From a virus: a stretch of 64,000 bases of DNA. The notes under the pieces are model-generated. The model searched no databases and was not told where the DNA came from. It worked only from the letters and a program-made list of their open reading frames with translations. The stretch lies in IMG/VR virus record IMGVR_UViG_3300042543_000303, positions 1 through 64,000 of that record; one strand, written 5' to 3'. Shown piece after piece: positions 1-10,105 of this stretch. How positions within the stretch are numbered: the stretch's first letter is position 1; every line of letters begins with the position of its first letter. A program made the translations under genes and the position numbers.

Positions 1-1
1 A

Positions 2-106
2 AACGTAGGTAACATTGAAGGACCAACAGGCCCTGCAGGCGCGCCAGGCGCAACCGGACCAGCCGGATCTAGCGACCTGGTCGTCCCGTGGTGGTTAGGA
101 GCTTAA
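2..106 (+). CDS. 3' end of a collagen-like (Gly-X-Y) virion protein, truncated by the window edge
   Basis: Frame 2 reads NVGNIEGPTGPAGAPGATGPAGSSDLVVPWWLGA* with six consecutive G-X-Y triplets. Not in the ORF track. Confidence 0.75.
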   Translation, partial: NVGNIEGPTGPAGAPGATGPAGSSDLVVPWWLGA

Positions 107-107
107 G

Positions 108-437
108 TTGCAAATTCTTCGACTAGCCACAGCTGAGCCGGCCGCGGCCGAGTTTGGCTCTGGCACGGCTGTATACACGGCCACAGAACCTACTCTCGTT
201 TCCGTCATTGCTGCCAATAAGAACGACGAAGACGCGTTTGTGTATGTCTACGTAGTACCGCCGACGACCGAGTCAACTCCCACTCAGTGGGGGATTATAG
301 CCTTTAACCTTCCTATAACGGCAGGCAACTCGTACGAAACTTTTAGATTCGCGATGAACGAAAATGATGCTCTATACGTCGCTGGATCCAGCGGCGTAGG
401 CTACTTCGTTCAAGGCGCCGGCCAAGGCACAGCGTAA
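108..437 (+). CDS. Small beta-rich hypothetical virion protein
   Basis: TTG start directly after the upstream stop, AGGAG upstream, tightly packed in the fibre operon. Confidence 0.65.
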   Translation: MQILRLATAEPAAAEFGSGTAVYTATEPTLVSVIAANKNDEDAFVYVYVVPPTTESTPTQWGIIAFNLPITAGNSYETFRFAMNENDALYVAGSSGVGYFVQGAGQGTA

Positions 438-445
438 GGAAACCG

Positions 446-850
446 ATGCCAGGATTTTCAGGTGACAACAGCGGAGCTGGGACCGGCCAATCACGAGGCG
501 TGTACGTTGAAGATGTCGGATCTTCCGGCACTCTTCTTTTTACCGCCACGAAGCGGACGCGAGTAACCTCGCTCATCGCGACAAACAAGGAGGGCGGGAT
601 TCTCCCAATCTCTCTCTACGTCATCGATGCGTCTGAAGATCAGGCGTATGTCCTTCGGAACATCCGAGTCTTCAAGTCTATGCCGCTTGTCATGGAGCTG
701 GTAGATGGTGACGAAAGAACCATGACAAACCTGCTAGATCAAGTCCCTCTCGTCGAGCTGGTTCTGATGCCAGGAGACGAGCTGTACGCTACAACGCCTA
801 TCAACGACTCTTTTGATATCACGCTTGCCGTCCGTGAAGGAGTTCGCTAA
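446..850 (+). CDS. Hypothetical virion protein, probably a distant paralogue of 108-437
   Basis: AAGGA RBS. Similar pattern in both proteins (LFTAT..T.VTSLIATNK vs VYTAT..TLVSVIAANK; GDELY vs NDALY). Confidence 0.7.
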   Translation: MPGFSGDNSGAGTGQSRGVYVEDVGSSGTLLFTATKRTRVTSLIATNKEGGILPISLYVIDASEDQAYVLRNIRVFKSMPLVMELVDGDERTMTNLLDQVPLVELVLMPGDELYATTPINDSFDITLAVREGVR

Positions 851-1101
851 TGCCACAGTACTTCGTCACCGTTGACCGAAAGTCTCCTTCACTTGAAGAT
901 CTCGTTGATAAGATTTTCTATGGAGTAAAGCAAGACTACGTTACGGGTAAAACTACCATTGAGAAGATCACTGGAGACGAACCCGTGCGTTTGCCTGACC
1001 CTCCAGCGCAGTACCGAGACGACTACGTCAACTGGATGTGGTCGTACAACAACTTTAAGTTTTACTGGGAAGACGGCCGCCTGCTGATGGAGGTTCTATA
1101 A
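850..1101 (+). CDS. Hypothetical protein
   Basis: TAATG coupling to the upstream gene; fills the operon. Confidence 0.7.
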   Translation: MPQYFVTVDRKSPSLEDLVDKIFYGVKQDYVTGKTTIEKITGDEPVRLPDPPAQYRDDYVNWMWSYNNFKFYWEDGRLLMEVL

Positions 1102-1102
1102 C

Positions 1103-4100
1103 ATGGCTCAGATCCTCGACCTGGGCAAGCTTCGGTTTAATTGGGCCGGAGCTTACAGCCCGTCAACTGAGTACGAGTACAATGACGTCGTCAAGTACGG
1201 CGCCAACCTGTACGCCTACACCGGCCTTAATCCAGCCACTGCGGTTGTACCCACGACCACTGCAAACTGGACCCTCGTCATCGAAGGTATTCGATTTCGC
1301 GGAGTATACTCCGAGGGTGTCGTCTACTACGTCAACGACATCGTCGTCGACCAATACAGCACGTTCATCGTCATCGAGCAGCATACCGCTCTTTCTCCCG
1401 ACACTGACGTTGAAGAACTTCAGATCATCGCTGTCGGGCAGCAAGGCATTCCCGCGCAGGAAAACAACGCGGGCAAGGTTCTAACCACTGACGGCGACAC
1501 GCCTGAATGGACCGGCACCGTTGAGCTTGACATTGCTTACGTCGGCGAAGGCCAAGGCGCACAGGCGATTCAGTTTGAGACGGACGCCGATCTAAGCGAC
1601 ACTCTTTCAGTCTTTGCCGCAACCAGCCCTAACTTTGTTCAACTAGCCATCGCCAACCTTGACAATGACACGAGCTCGTCAACCGACTTCATTGCCTACA
1701 CAGCCGATGGCACCAATGAGGCCGGCTGGATCGACATGGGCATTACCAGTCGAGAGTTTGACGCAGAGCAATATGGAATCACGGGACCGCATGACGGCTA
1801 CATCTTCATGTCCGGACCAAAGATTCGTCAGACCGCGATCACAACCAAGGCAGTAGCCGCGCAGATCGCGACGCTCACGACCGAGCTCGCACACGGCTAC
1901 GTTACCGGCGACAAGGTAGAAATTAGCGGTGTCGGCGTCGGAATCAACGGCCGCCGCACGGTTATCAACGCCCCCACCGCAACAACGTTCCGCGTGTCAG
2001 TCCCCGGCGTGTCGCCTCTAAGCTCCACCGAGCTCGAGGTATTTGGCGCAGCGTTTTCTCCTCTCGGCAGCGGCAACCTTGTACTTGCCACTGACCTCAC
2101 CGGTCTCGACAACAAGATCATCTTCGCAGCGGGTGGATTCTCCACCGGGCGCACGCAGATGGAGATCACGCCGGACGTCAACGTTCACATCGAGATCGAA
2201 ACTCCGTCAGTTAGCTCTGGTACCGGCGCACTAACCGTAGCTGGTGGCGTAGGAATCTCCGGCGACGTCAACATTGAAGGCGACCTTACAATGGAGGGGT
2301 CGCTAAACCTCTCCGGCTCACTTGACTACTCAGGCGTAGATCTTCTGCCGATTGGCGCAGGGGCGTTCGCGTTCTCGCAGGATCTAACTAATCCCGTACT
2401 TGTCGTCCAGACAGACGCAGACGACTACGCGCAAATTGCGTTCAGAAACACGAGCAACGCCGCGAATGCGTCAACCGACATCATCGTCTACGCCAACAAC
2501 GGCACCGATGACGCTGGCTGGATTGACCTTGGCATCACTTCGTCCGCGTTCGCTGACCCCGAATTCACAATCACTGGGATCAACGACGGGTACATCTTCT
2601 ACGTAGCGCCGGAAGGCACCGCAGGAGAGGGAAATCTGGTCATTGCCACTGGCGATACCGGCGGTGATAACTCGATCGTGTTCGCGGCCGGCGGTCTCGC
2701 ATCCAACAATACGCAGATGAAGATCGTCCCCGACGAGACAGTTCACATTGACATTGACACCGACTCGACAAACTCTGAAACTGGCGCGCTAACCGTAGCC
2801 GGCGGCGCAGGGTTCCTTGGCTCCGTGTCAATTGAAGGACTAATTCGAGTCGACGGCGCATCGTACCTAGGGGACGGCGCTGAGGCATTCAATGATGACG
2901 CTGAGCTCACAAACGCAAACGTTGTTGTTCAGCTATCTGGCACCCCGTACGCGCAGCTTGCCGTGCACAACGATACGCCAAATGCGTCGACCGACATCAT
3001 TGTCTACTCCGACAATGGCACGGACACGTCCGGCTGGATCGACATGGGCATCACCGGCTCGACGTTCTCACAGGCAGAGTTTGGAATCACCGGCCCCAAT
3101 GACGGGTACATCTTCTTCGAAGCTCCCGACGACACTGACGGCGCCGGTAACTTGGTGTTTGCAACCGGCGACAAGGGCTCAGAGAACAAGATCATCTTCG
3201 CGGCCGGTGGTTTTGCCAGTGGAACGACGCAGATGGAGATCACACCGGACGTTAACGTTCACATCGAGATCCCGACCGAGTCGACAAGCCCGGCCACCGG
3301 AGCATTCACGGTAGTCGGAGGCGTCGGCGTTCAGGGTGATATGAACGTCCAAGGCAACGTCAGCATCGAAGGCACGATCACCTTCGCTGGCGGTGGCACA
3401 ACGGTTGAGACCGAGAACCTCGCGGTAACCAACCCGATCATATTTGTCGGCAACGCCAACGCCGCGGATATTGTCGATCTCGCGGTTATCGGGGAGTACG
3501 TTACCTCGGTCACGCCTGTCGCGGCCACGGCAACTAACAAGGCGCTGACAAGCAATGTTGCCACAATCACGACCGACACCGCGCACGGGTTTGTTACAGG
3601 CGACGTGGTCACAATCGCTGGCGTTGACGCGACATTCAACGGCGTCTACACAATCACAGCCGCGCCAACAACGACAACGTTCACGTTCAATAAAACAAAC
3701 ACGAACGTTTCCTCGGCGCCGGTTACTCCTACAGGCACCGCGACCGTCAACGGTAAGCGCCGATTCGCCGGTCTCAGCCGCGACGCATCGGACGGGATCA
3801 CCAAGTTCTTCCGTGACGCGACAACACGACCTGTCACGGCGGTTAACTTCTCTGAACCTGGTCTTTCGTTCGCTCCGATCAAGACGGGCGCACTCGAGAC
3901 TGTCGGAAACATTGACACCTCAGGCAATATCACCATCAACGGCACGGTCGTAGACAACAAGCACGCTGCCACGGTCGAGTTCGTTCGAACCGCAATCGGT
4001 GGAAACTGGACAGAAAGAACTGCCAACTACGCGGTAGCCGGCGGTGAATCAATCTGGGCAAACACGACAGGCGGGGCATTCACAGTAACACTACCTGCCA

Positions 4101-4288
4101 ACCCGATCGCAAACTTTGACCGCATCAGAATCGCCGATATCGCAGGAGTGTGGGCAAACACGCCCGTCGTTGTCGCACGCAATGGCCGTCTCATTCAAGG
4201 GCTGGCCGAAGACCTTTCACTTAATGTACGAAACGCCTCTATTGAGTTAATATACTCAGGGCCTACCTATGGATGGAGACTCGTTTAA
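1103..4288 (+). CDS. Fibre/adhesion structural protein with three long internal repeats
   Basis: N-terminus MAQILDLGKLRFNWAGAY..Y..NDVV is typical of aquatic phage fibres. Three copies of a YAQ..STD..Y..GT..GWID.GIT..GNLV.AT..NKIIFAAGG..QM.I..GA.TV.GG unit. C-terminal TTGGAFTVTLPA domain. Confidence 0.8.
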   Translation: MAQILDLGKLRFNWAGAYSPSTEYEYNDVVKYGANLYAYTGLNPATAVVPTTTANWTLVIEGIRFRGVYSEGVVYYVNDIVVDQYSTFIVIEQHTALSPDTDVEELQIIAVGQQGIPAQENNAGKVLTTDGDTPEWTGTVELDIAYVGEGQGAQAIQFETDADLSDTLSVFAATSPNFVQLAIANLDNDTSSSTDFIAYTADGTNEAGWIDMGITSREFDAEQYGITGPHDGYIFMSGPKIRQTAITTKAVAAQIATLTTELAHGYVTGDKVEISGVGVGINGRRTVINAPTATTFRVSVPGVSPLSSTELEVFGAAFSPLGSGNLVLATDLTGLDNKIIFAAGGFSTGRTQMEITPDVNVHIEIETPSVSSGTGALTVAGGVGISGDVNIEGDLTMEGSLNLSGSLDYSGVDLLPIGAGAFAFSQDLTNPVLVVQTDADDYAQIAFRNTSNAANASTDIIVYANNGTDDAGWIDLGITSSAFADPEFTITGINDGYIFYVAPEGTAGEGNLVIATGDTGGDNSIVFAAGGLASNNTQMKIVPDETVHIDIDTDSTNSETGALTVAGGAGFLGSVSIEGLIRVDGASYLGDGAEAFNDDAELTNANVVVQLSGTPYAQLAVHNDTPNASTDIIVYSDNGTDTSGWIDMGITGSTFSQAEFGITGPNDGYIFFEAPDDTDGAGNLVFATGDKGSENKIIFAAGGFASGTTQMEITPDVNVHIEIPTESTSPATGAFTVVGGVGVQGDMNVQGNVSIEGTITFAGGGTTVETENLAVTNPIIFVGNANAADIVDLAVIGEYVTSVTPVAATATNKALTSNVATITTDTAHGFVTGDVVTIAGVDATFNGVYTITAAPTTTTFTFNKTNTNVSSAPVTPTGTATVNGKRRFAGLSRDASDGITKFFRDATTRPVTAVNFSEPGLSFAPIKTGALETVGNIDTSGNITINGTVVDNKHAATVEFVRTAIGGNWTERTANYAVAGGESIWANTTGGAFTVTLPANPIANFDRIRIADIAGVWANTPVVVARNGRLIQGLAEDLSLNVRNASIELIYSGPTYGWRLV
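2111..3271 (+). repeat. Two 87-bp direct repeats (2111-2197 and 3185-3271) within the fibre gene
   Basis: Manual alignment gives 13 mismatches in 87 nt (about 85% identity). Confidence 0.85.
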
Positions 4289-7200
4289 ATGGCTGCACTG
4301 AGCGATCTCATTGGAGGCGGAACCGGCGGCAACGCGCCGGACGCCGCGGCAACTCTGCTCACCCGGGTCCAGTCCAATAAGTGCTGGTGGGAGTACAAGC
4401 CAGCAGCGGCACTCGCGCCCGGTAAGTACGTCGTCAAGGTAAGCCACGACGGGCGTCAGCGCATCCGCGTCTCGACCGACAAGGGCGACTACGCCGAGGT
4501 GGTGCACGAGGACTCCGCGGTCATCGATATCACATCCGCGACCAACAACCTTCAGGTGTCCCTTGAGCCATTCGACATTCGAACCGGTCCAATTCAGCAG
4601 TACATTCCACGATACTACCCTGGCCTTAACGCAAACGTAGGCGCTAGCACGTCGCGTTTGTACAATGGCCGGCGAATGATGGCGTGTGACCCGACAGGGC
4701 AAATCTGGATTCAGGTCCGCGGTCACCAGGGAACAGTGTTTCGGTCAACAGACTTTGGCCGCACGTGGCTGGACCTCGGCCGCCCTGACCAGCTCGCCGG
4801 CGTCGCGAACACTTTCTACGACACCTACTGCGTTATCTACGCGCTCGGGCGATTCATTATCTACGCGGGCCCCGCGGAAACAACCATCGCCAACGGTGTC
4901 ACGATTGCGTCAACCAATGGTTACACCTGGAGCCGCATCGCCACAAACGGTATTCTCACCGGCGTTATCGATTCCGCGACAAACTCTCTCACAAACCCGT
5001 CAAACATCTCATCCACGGGTGTTAATCAGGTAACTGAAGGCCCGGTCGTTGTCGGCGCCAGGTGGGCGACAACAAACAACGTCGTGTACAGCACCGACGG
5101 CGTAAACTTTGTGCAGCAGAGCGTTGTCGGCTTCACCGGGAACGCCTGGTTTGTCGACTATTTCCCGACCTACGGGTCCGGCACGTTCATCATGACCGAC
5201 AACGCGAACCACATCATCACGTCAACCGACGGGATCAGCTGGGCCGCCACGATCACCATTCCGTTCAACGCACGCAACATCGCGCTCATCGGGTCAACGT
5301 TCTACGCCGTCAGCCAGGCCGGTCAGATCTACTCAAGCACCAACCTGACGACCTGGACTCTTCTGGTCACGCTCAGCAACAACGCCTTCAACAATCACCT
5401 TCTCTGGAACCGTGGAAGTCTGCTCTTCTACTTTGACCCCACCAATGGTCTGGTTCGCACGTCAACCGACGGCGTAACCTGGGCATCGCGTGTGAACATG
5501 ACCAATGACGCCTCGCTGTTCCTCGGCAACAACTACTTCTGGGTCTGGGATCAGAACAACGCGTACCGATCAGAGGACGGTATCAACTGGACGTTCAGAA
5601 ACGCGGCGTCCGGTGGTAACAATATTCTCGCGTCAGCTGCCGGGCAAGCCAACTTTGTCACCGGCGGTGCTACGTCTATCACCACTTCACCGTTCACGGA
5701 CACTGTCTTCTGGACAGGCAGAACCAACCCTGTCGCTGGTTCAATTCGTGACATGGAGTACAACACGAGCACCAGCACGTTCCTGCTCGTCACGGACAAC
5801 GGCCGTATCGCAACATCGGCAGACGACGGAATCAACTGGGCAGCGGTCAACAACCCGTGGGCAGGTTCCGTCGCCGCGACTGGCACCGGATTCAACGGCA
5901 GCCGCTGGGTAGTGGTTGGCAACAGCGGAACGCAGGTTCTTCTCTCAACCGACAATGGCGTATCCTTCACCGCGATCAACTTGACCGCCTCGACCGGTCA
6001 GAACATGAACGGTGTCACGTTCACAACCAGCAACCGCTGGTTCGCTGTCGGCAACGCTGGTACCATGGCGTTCTCCACCGATAACGGGTCATCCTGGACC
6101 ACGATGCCAACAACGCGCTGGCGCACGTTCTGGGGCGGCAAGGGTGCGCCGCCCACACTGGCATGGAACAGCATCGCGTTCGGCAACAACACCATTGTCG
6201 CTGTCGGAGACCGCCAGATCGCGTACAGCAAGGACAACGGCGACACCTGGTACTACCGCGACCAGAACTCATTCATCTCAAACGTCATCATTCAGGACGT
6301 CAAGTTTGCCGCCGGTCGATTTGTTGCGTCCTGCCGCGGCGGACTTGTTCTCTACTCCACCGACGGCATTGACTGGTTCAGCCTTCAGAGCGGGTTCAAC
6401 ACGACCAACGTCAACAGCTACACGTTCGGCGGCGGCGTTCACCTGCTCACCGGCGACGCCGGAGTGCAGCGCATCTCAAGCGACGGGCTCAACTTCATCA
6501 CCCCCGTGATGACGTTCATTCCGTCAACGACCTACTGCGCAGTGTCCGCTGGCGGCACAAAAAATGTCGCCTTCGGTAACAACGGGATCTGGATTACCAA
6601 CGACTTTGAGCAGTGGGAGTTACCGGTCACAAACAACGTTGGCGGCGGCAACAACCTCGTGCAGGGCACGTACGGCTCAGGGCGATTCGTCGCGATCTCA
6701 CTAACCACGAACGCGACGTACTACTCAACAAACGGTCGCAACTGGGCGGTTTGTAAGTCCCACGACGGTCTTACAGATATTCGCGCCAACAACGTTATCT
6801 ACGAAGACGGGCGATTCTGGAAGATCTGGCAGGGTCGCCTGGCGTACTCGACCGACGGCGTAACCTGGTACGACTATCACGTCTGGGGTACCGTCGACAC
6901 GGCTGGCACCGGCCAGCTCGGCTACCCGCCGTTGTACATTAAGAAGACCGGCGGGTACTACTTCGCGTTCGGGCGAACCTCCGCCGCCAACGGCAGGTAC
7001 TACTGGTACACTCGTAGCCTGCTTACTCGCCCGGACTCTTGGTCACTTGGCGACACTGGACAGAGCAACGCCGGCTGGCAGATGACAGACGTTGCTATGC
7101 ACGGTGAAATGGTGATCTTCGCGTACGGTAACGCTGGCTACGCTAGCATGGGTATCAACATGGCTGGTAGCCAGAACGGAACGGTTGGGTCATTCCAGTT

Positions 7201-7522
7201 GTTCAACGGCTCAGGCGACGGCTCAACTGGTGTAGCTACCTTCTATCAGGTGTTCATGGTTGGTAGTCGAATGTTTGGTGTTGACACGACGAATAACTTC
7301 TATGAGATCACTGTTGAATCGGACCAGCGTAACGCGACTAACACTGTTTACGCACTCAAGCAGCGCGCCTGGATCAACGGCGTGTGGGGTACATTCAACT
7401 ACTACACTCACTGCTACGGCCCTGGCGCGATTAGCGCTCGCGGTGATCGCATCTACCAGATTGACTCGTCTGAGTCGGTAACGTTCAGCGTGTACAATTC
7501 AACAATCCCAACGGTTAACTAG
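4289..7522 (+). CDS. BNR/Asp-box beta-propeller protein, probable receptor-binding fibre tip
   Basis: More than a dozen S-x-D/N-G-x-x-W/F repeats (STDFGRTW, STNGYTW, STDGISW, STDGVTW, SKDNGDTW and others). Rich in Thr, Asn and Gly. Confidence 0.8.
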   Translation: MAALSDLIGGGTGGNAPDAAATLLTRVQSNKCWWEYKPAAALAPGKYVVKVSHDGRQRIRVSTDKGDYAEVVHEDSAVIDITSATNNLQVSLEPFDIRTGPIQQYIPRYYPGLNANVGASTSRLYNGRRMMACDPTGQIWIQVRGHQGTVFRSTDFGRTWLDLGRPDQLAGVANTFYDTYCVIYALGRFIIYAGPAETTIANGVTIASTNGYTWSRIATNGILTGVIDSATNSLTNPSNISSTGVNQVTEGPVVVGARWATTNNVVYSTDGVNFVQQSVVGFTGNAWFVDYFPTYGSGTFIMTDNANHIITSTDGISWAATITIPFNARNIALIGSTFYAVSQAGQIYSSTNLTTWTLLVTLSNNAFNNHLLWNRGSLLFYFDPTNGLVRTSTDGVTWASRVNMTNDASLFLGNNYFWVWDQNNAYRSEDGINWTFRNAASGGNNILASAAGQANFVTGGATSITTSPFTDTVFWTGRTNPVAGSIRDMEYNTSTSTFLLVTDNGRIATSADDGINWAAVNNPWAGSVAATGTGFNGSRWVVVGNSGTQVLLSTDNGVSFTAINLTASTGQNMNGVTFTTSNRWFAVGNAGTMAFSTDNGSSWTTMPTTRWRTFWGGKGAPPTLAWNSIAFGNNTIVAVGDRQIAYSKDNGDTWYYRDQNSFISNVIIQDVKFAAGRFVASCRGGLVLYSTDGIDWFSLQSGFNTTNVNSYTFGGGVHLLTGDAGVQRISSDGLNFITPVMTFIPSTTYCAVSAGGTKNVAFGNNGIWITNDFEQWELPVTNNVGGGNNLVQGTYGSGRFVAISLTTNATYYSTNGRNWAVCKSHDGLTDIRANNVIYEDGRFWKIWQGRLAYSTDGVTWYDYHVWGTVDTAGTGQLGYPPLYIKKTGGYYFAFGRTSAANGRYYWYTRSLLTRPDSWSLGDTGQSNAGWQMTDVAMHGEMVIFAYGNAGYASMGINMAGSQNGTVGSFQLFNGSGDGSTGVATFYQVFMVGSRMFGVDTTNNFYEITVESDQRNATNTVYALKQRAWINGVWGTFNYYTHCYGPGAISARGDRIYQIDSSESVTFSVYNSTIPTVN

Positions 7523-7530
7523 GAGCATCA

Positions 7531-7917
7531 GTGTCCTATCAGTACTCAATCGGTCAGGGCAACGCAGTTAGCATCTGGCTCGGTGACAAGGCATCGGCAG
7601 GGATGCTTATGCAACCGACATGGCCGGACGGTACCAAGTGGAGCTCAAAGGCGGAAGCCGAGGCCTGGGCTAAGGCGTACATTGCCTCTCAGGAGGACCC
7701 GCAGGCTGACCTTCCGGGCAACGGGCCCGATCAGAAGGTTATTCCTCGCGAGGACTTAGAGGTTTCTTCCGACGAGTGGGCTGAGCGCGAGGCTCTTTGG
7801 GCAAGCGAGGCGGCTGAGCGCGAGGCCGCGAATCTTGCTGCCGAGGCCGAGGCCGAGGCTCGCGCCGCGGCTGCTGCGGCGCCTGTCGCCGACACCGACA
7901 CCGACGCCGACGAGTAG
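7531..7917 (+). CDS. Hypothetical protein (possible fibre assembly chaperone)
   Basis: AGGAG RBS, last gene before a terminator. QPTWPDGTKW motif followed by an Ala/Glu-rich tail. Confidence 0.65.
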   Translation: MSYQYSIGQGNAVSIWLGDKASAGMLMQPTWPDGTKWSSKAEAEAWAKAYIASQEDPQADLPGNGPDQKVIPREDLEVSSDEWAEREALWASEAAEREAANLAAEAEAEARAAAAAAPVADTDTDADE

Positions 7918-7948
7918 AGTTACTCGCAACAATTTCATAGATTAAGCT

Positions 7949-7985
7949 AAGAGCCAGCGGTATTCGCTGGCTCTTTGCTTTTGTT
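7949..7985 (+). terminator. Intrinsic terminator ending the fibre operon
   Basis: AAGAGCCAGCG-gtatt-CGCTGGCTCTT 11-bp stem followed by TGCTTTTGTT. Confidence 0.8.
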
Positions 7986-8006
7986 CGCTTCTACGGCAAA
8001 AAGGCA

Positions 8007-8012
8007 TAAAAT
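8007..8012 (+). promoter_or_regulatory. -10 box for a probably leaderless glycosyltransferase mRNA
   Basis: TAAAAT 6 nt before the ATG at 8019, with no Shine-Dalgarno sequence. Confidence 0.55.
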
Positions 8013-8018
8013 ACGCGC

Positions 8019-9086
8019 ATGCGCGTTGCAGTGTACACGATCGCCCTAAACGAAGAGCAATTCGTCGAGCGCTGGGTAAGCAGCGCCGTAGAAGCCGATG
8101 TGCTTCTCATCGCCGACACAGGGTCCACAGACCGCACCGCTGAGCTTGCCCGCCAGTACGGCGTTGAGGTTGTAGACGTCCGCGTACGACCCTGGAGATT
8201 CGACGATGCACGCAACGCTGCGCTAGCCGCGTTGCCGCTTGACGTCGACTACTGCATAGCCCTTGACATGGACGAGGTACTTCTACCAGACTGGCGCGCC
8301 GAGCTCGAGAAGGCGCACGCCGAAGGCTGGACGCGGCCCCGCTACCAGTACACATGGAATTGGAACGAGGACGGCTCACCCGGACTCACGTACGGTGGCG
8401 ACAAGATCCACGCCCGCATCGGATATCGCTGGAAGCACCCCGTTCACGAGGTCCTGCGCAACTACGGCGACGTACAGGAAACCCAAGGCTGGATCGGGCT
8501 TGAAATCTACCACTTCGCCGACAACACGAAATCACGCGGGCAATACATGCCACTGCTCAAGCAGGCAGTCGATGAAGACCCAGCCGACGACCGCAACGCG
8601 TTCTACTACGCACGCGAACTTTACTACTATGGTCAGTACGACGAGGCTGTGCAACAGTTCATGCGCCACCTGTCTCTGCCGCGCGCCGTGTGGCCGCCCG
8701 AGCGCGCGGCTTCGATGCGCTTCATCGCGAAGTGTCGCCCTGACGAAGCCGAGTACTGGCTCAAGGCAGCTGCAAAGGAAGCGCCAGGGCGTCGCGAGCC
8801 GTACGTTGATCTCGCAAAGCATTACTACGCAAAAGGCGACTGGGCGAACTGCCTGAGTGCAGCCGAGTCTGCTCTTGCAATCACAGAGCGCCCACTTGAA
8901 TATCTATGCGAGTCGTACTCGTGGGGCGCAGCGCCGTGGGATTTCGGGGCGATTTCTGCATACCGCATGTCAATGTTTAAGAAGGCGCTCGAGTACGGTG
9001 AAAAGGCAGTCGCGCTTGAACCAGCGAACGAACGAATTGCGAAGAACTTAGCGTTCTACCGAGAGGCCCGCGGTGAAATCAGCTAG
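8019..9086 (+). CDS. Family 2 glycosyltransferase with C-terminal TPR repeats
   Basis: IALNEE, DTGSTD, FDDARNAAL, LDMDE (DxD) and HPVHE motifs, then a helical TPR-like region. Confidence 0.9.
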   Translation: MRVAVYTIALNEEQFVERWVSSAVEADVLLIADTGSTDRTAELARQYGVEVVDVRVRPWRFDDARNAALAALPLDVDYCIALDMDEVLLPDWRAELEKAHAEGWTRPRYQYTWNWNEDGSPGLTYGGDKIHARIGYRWKHPVHEVLRNYGDVQETQGWIGLEIYHFADNTKSRGQYMPLLKQAVDEDPADDRNAFYYARELYYYGQYDEAVQQFMRHLSLPRAVWPPERAASMRFIAKCRPDEAEYWLKAAAKEAPGRREPYVDLAKHYYAKGDWANCLSAAESALAITERPLEYLCESYSWGAAPWDFGAISAYRMSMFKKALEYGEKAVALEPANERIAKNLAFYREARGEIS

Positions 9087-9578
9087 ATACGCTCCTGTCA
9101 CCGCGTAGGTCTCATACTCGGTGATCCCCGGGAACGTGTCCATGACGCGCTCATGCGACCAGTCTTCAACGACATGAACCTCGTACGGGTTTCCGTGCTC
9201 GGCGCACTGTGGATAGTGAATGATCGGAATCGACATTAGCACTTTGCCGCTGGCTGATGCCGCCTTAGCCCACAACAGTCGAGCGTCTTCCTCGCTCATG
9301 TGCTCAAGAACGTCGCCAAAGATAACTAGGTCGCTTGACCAGTCGTTGAGCTCTCTCGCGTCCATGACAAGAACGTCATCGTAGATCGCGCGCAGACCAA
9401 ACTCGTCAATATACGGTTCCCAGGCTTCTACGCCGATCAGGTTAGCGTCTGCCGCGACGTCACGAACAATGCGGCCATAGGCGCCAGACCCTGGCCCGAT
9501 ATCGAGAACTGTTTGCGGCGCGATTTGTTCGATCGCTCTTGACATCCACGCCTTATTTGCAAAGTCCGAATGCGGCAC
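9048..9578 (-). CDS. Class I SAM-dependent methyltransferase
   Basis: VLDIGPGSGAYG motif I, IGVE, DLVIFGDVLEHM. Converges on the GT2 gene with a 39-bp overlap. Confidence 0.88.
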   Translation of the reverse strand: MPHSDFANKAWMSRAIEQIAPQTVLDIGPGSGAYGRIVRDVAADANLIGVEAWEPYIDEFGLRAIYDDVLVMDARELNDWSSDLVIFGDVLEHMSEEDARLLWAKAASASGKVLMSIPIIHYPQCAEHGNPYEVHVVEDWSHERVMDTFPGITEYETYAVTGAYLADFTAGLSVER

Positions 9579-10105
9579 TACTTAGATCCCTTTCGCGCGC
9601 GGGTAGTCTTGAGCGCTTTCTTTTCAGCGGCGCGACGCGTCTTTTCTTCTTTTTCACTTCTCTTTGCGTGGTACGCCTCGACCGCGTTCGCGCTGGTCCG
9701 ACTGCGCCATTTGAACTTGCATGACGAGCACTCGACCCAGCGAAGTGACGTCCAGCGCCCTCCGCCCAAAGACGAGCCTACGACTACGAAGAGCTTTCCT
9801 GGCCGCGCGCTGCAAAAAGGACACTGCGGAAACCTCTGCCTCCGTGATTCCTGCCCAACGTATGAAACAGAAAGAGCGCGACGGATTTCTCCTTCGTCGC
9901 GCCCGCCCCAAATGCCCCAGATTTGCCGATGTTCAAGAGCCCACTTTAAGCACTGCTCTCGAACCGGGCATTCGAAACAAATATTTTTAGCCTGGTACTT
10001 CTCGTCAGGGTTCTTTGAGAAAAACCAGTCTCTCGTGTGAGAGTACTCTGTTCGAGCGCAGATGGCATCCTTCTGCCACGCAAGCTCGTCAGCTGCTCCA
10101 CTCAT
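9578..10105 (-). CDS. whiB: WhiB-family Fe-S transcription factor with a C-terminal Zn ribbon and basic tail
   Basis: W..DAIC..WFF..AKNICFECPVREQC..GIWGG..E.R, plus extra CPFC and CSSC pairs. Confidence 0.92.
   Translation of the reverse strand: MSGAADELAWQKDAICARTEYSHTRDWFFSKNPDEKYQAKNICFECPVREQCLKWALEHRQIWGIWGGRDEGEIRRALSVSYVGQESRRQRFPQCPFCSARPGKLFVVVGSSLGGGRWTSLRWVECSSCKFKWRSRTSANAVEAYHAKRSEKEEKTRRAAEKKALKTTRARKGSK

Noticed and set aside
2111-7522. Diversity-generating retroelement (87-bp repeats, many AAC codons in the fibre genes)
   Set aside because: The mismatches are not adenine-specific, both copies are in-frame coding repeats, and no reverse transcriptase is in the window.
9048-9578. 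CmoA (carboxy-SAM synthase) partner for the MTase-fold enzyme
   Set aside because: It is short and has the generic D.LEH class I pattern, with no CmoA-specific features that I could recognise. A CmoA could still lie outside the window.
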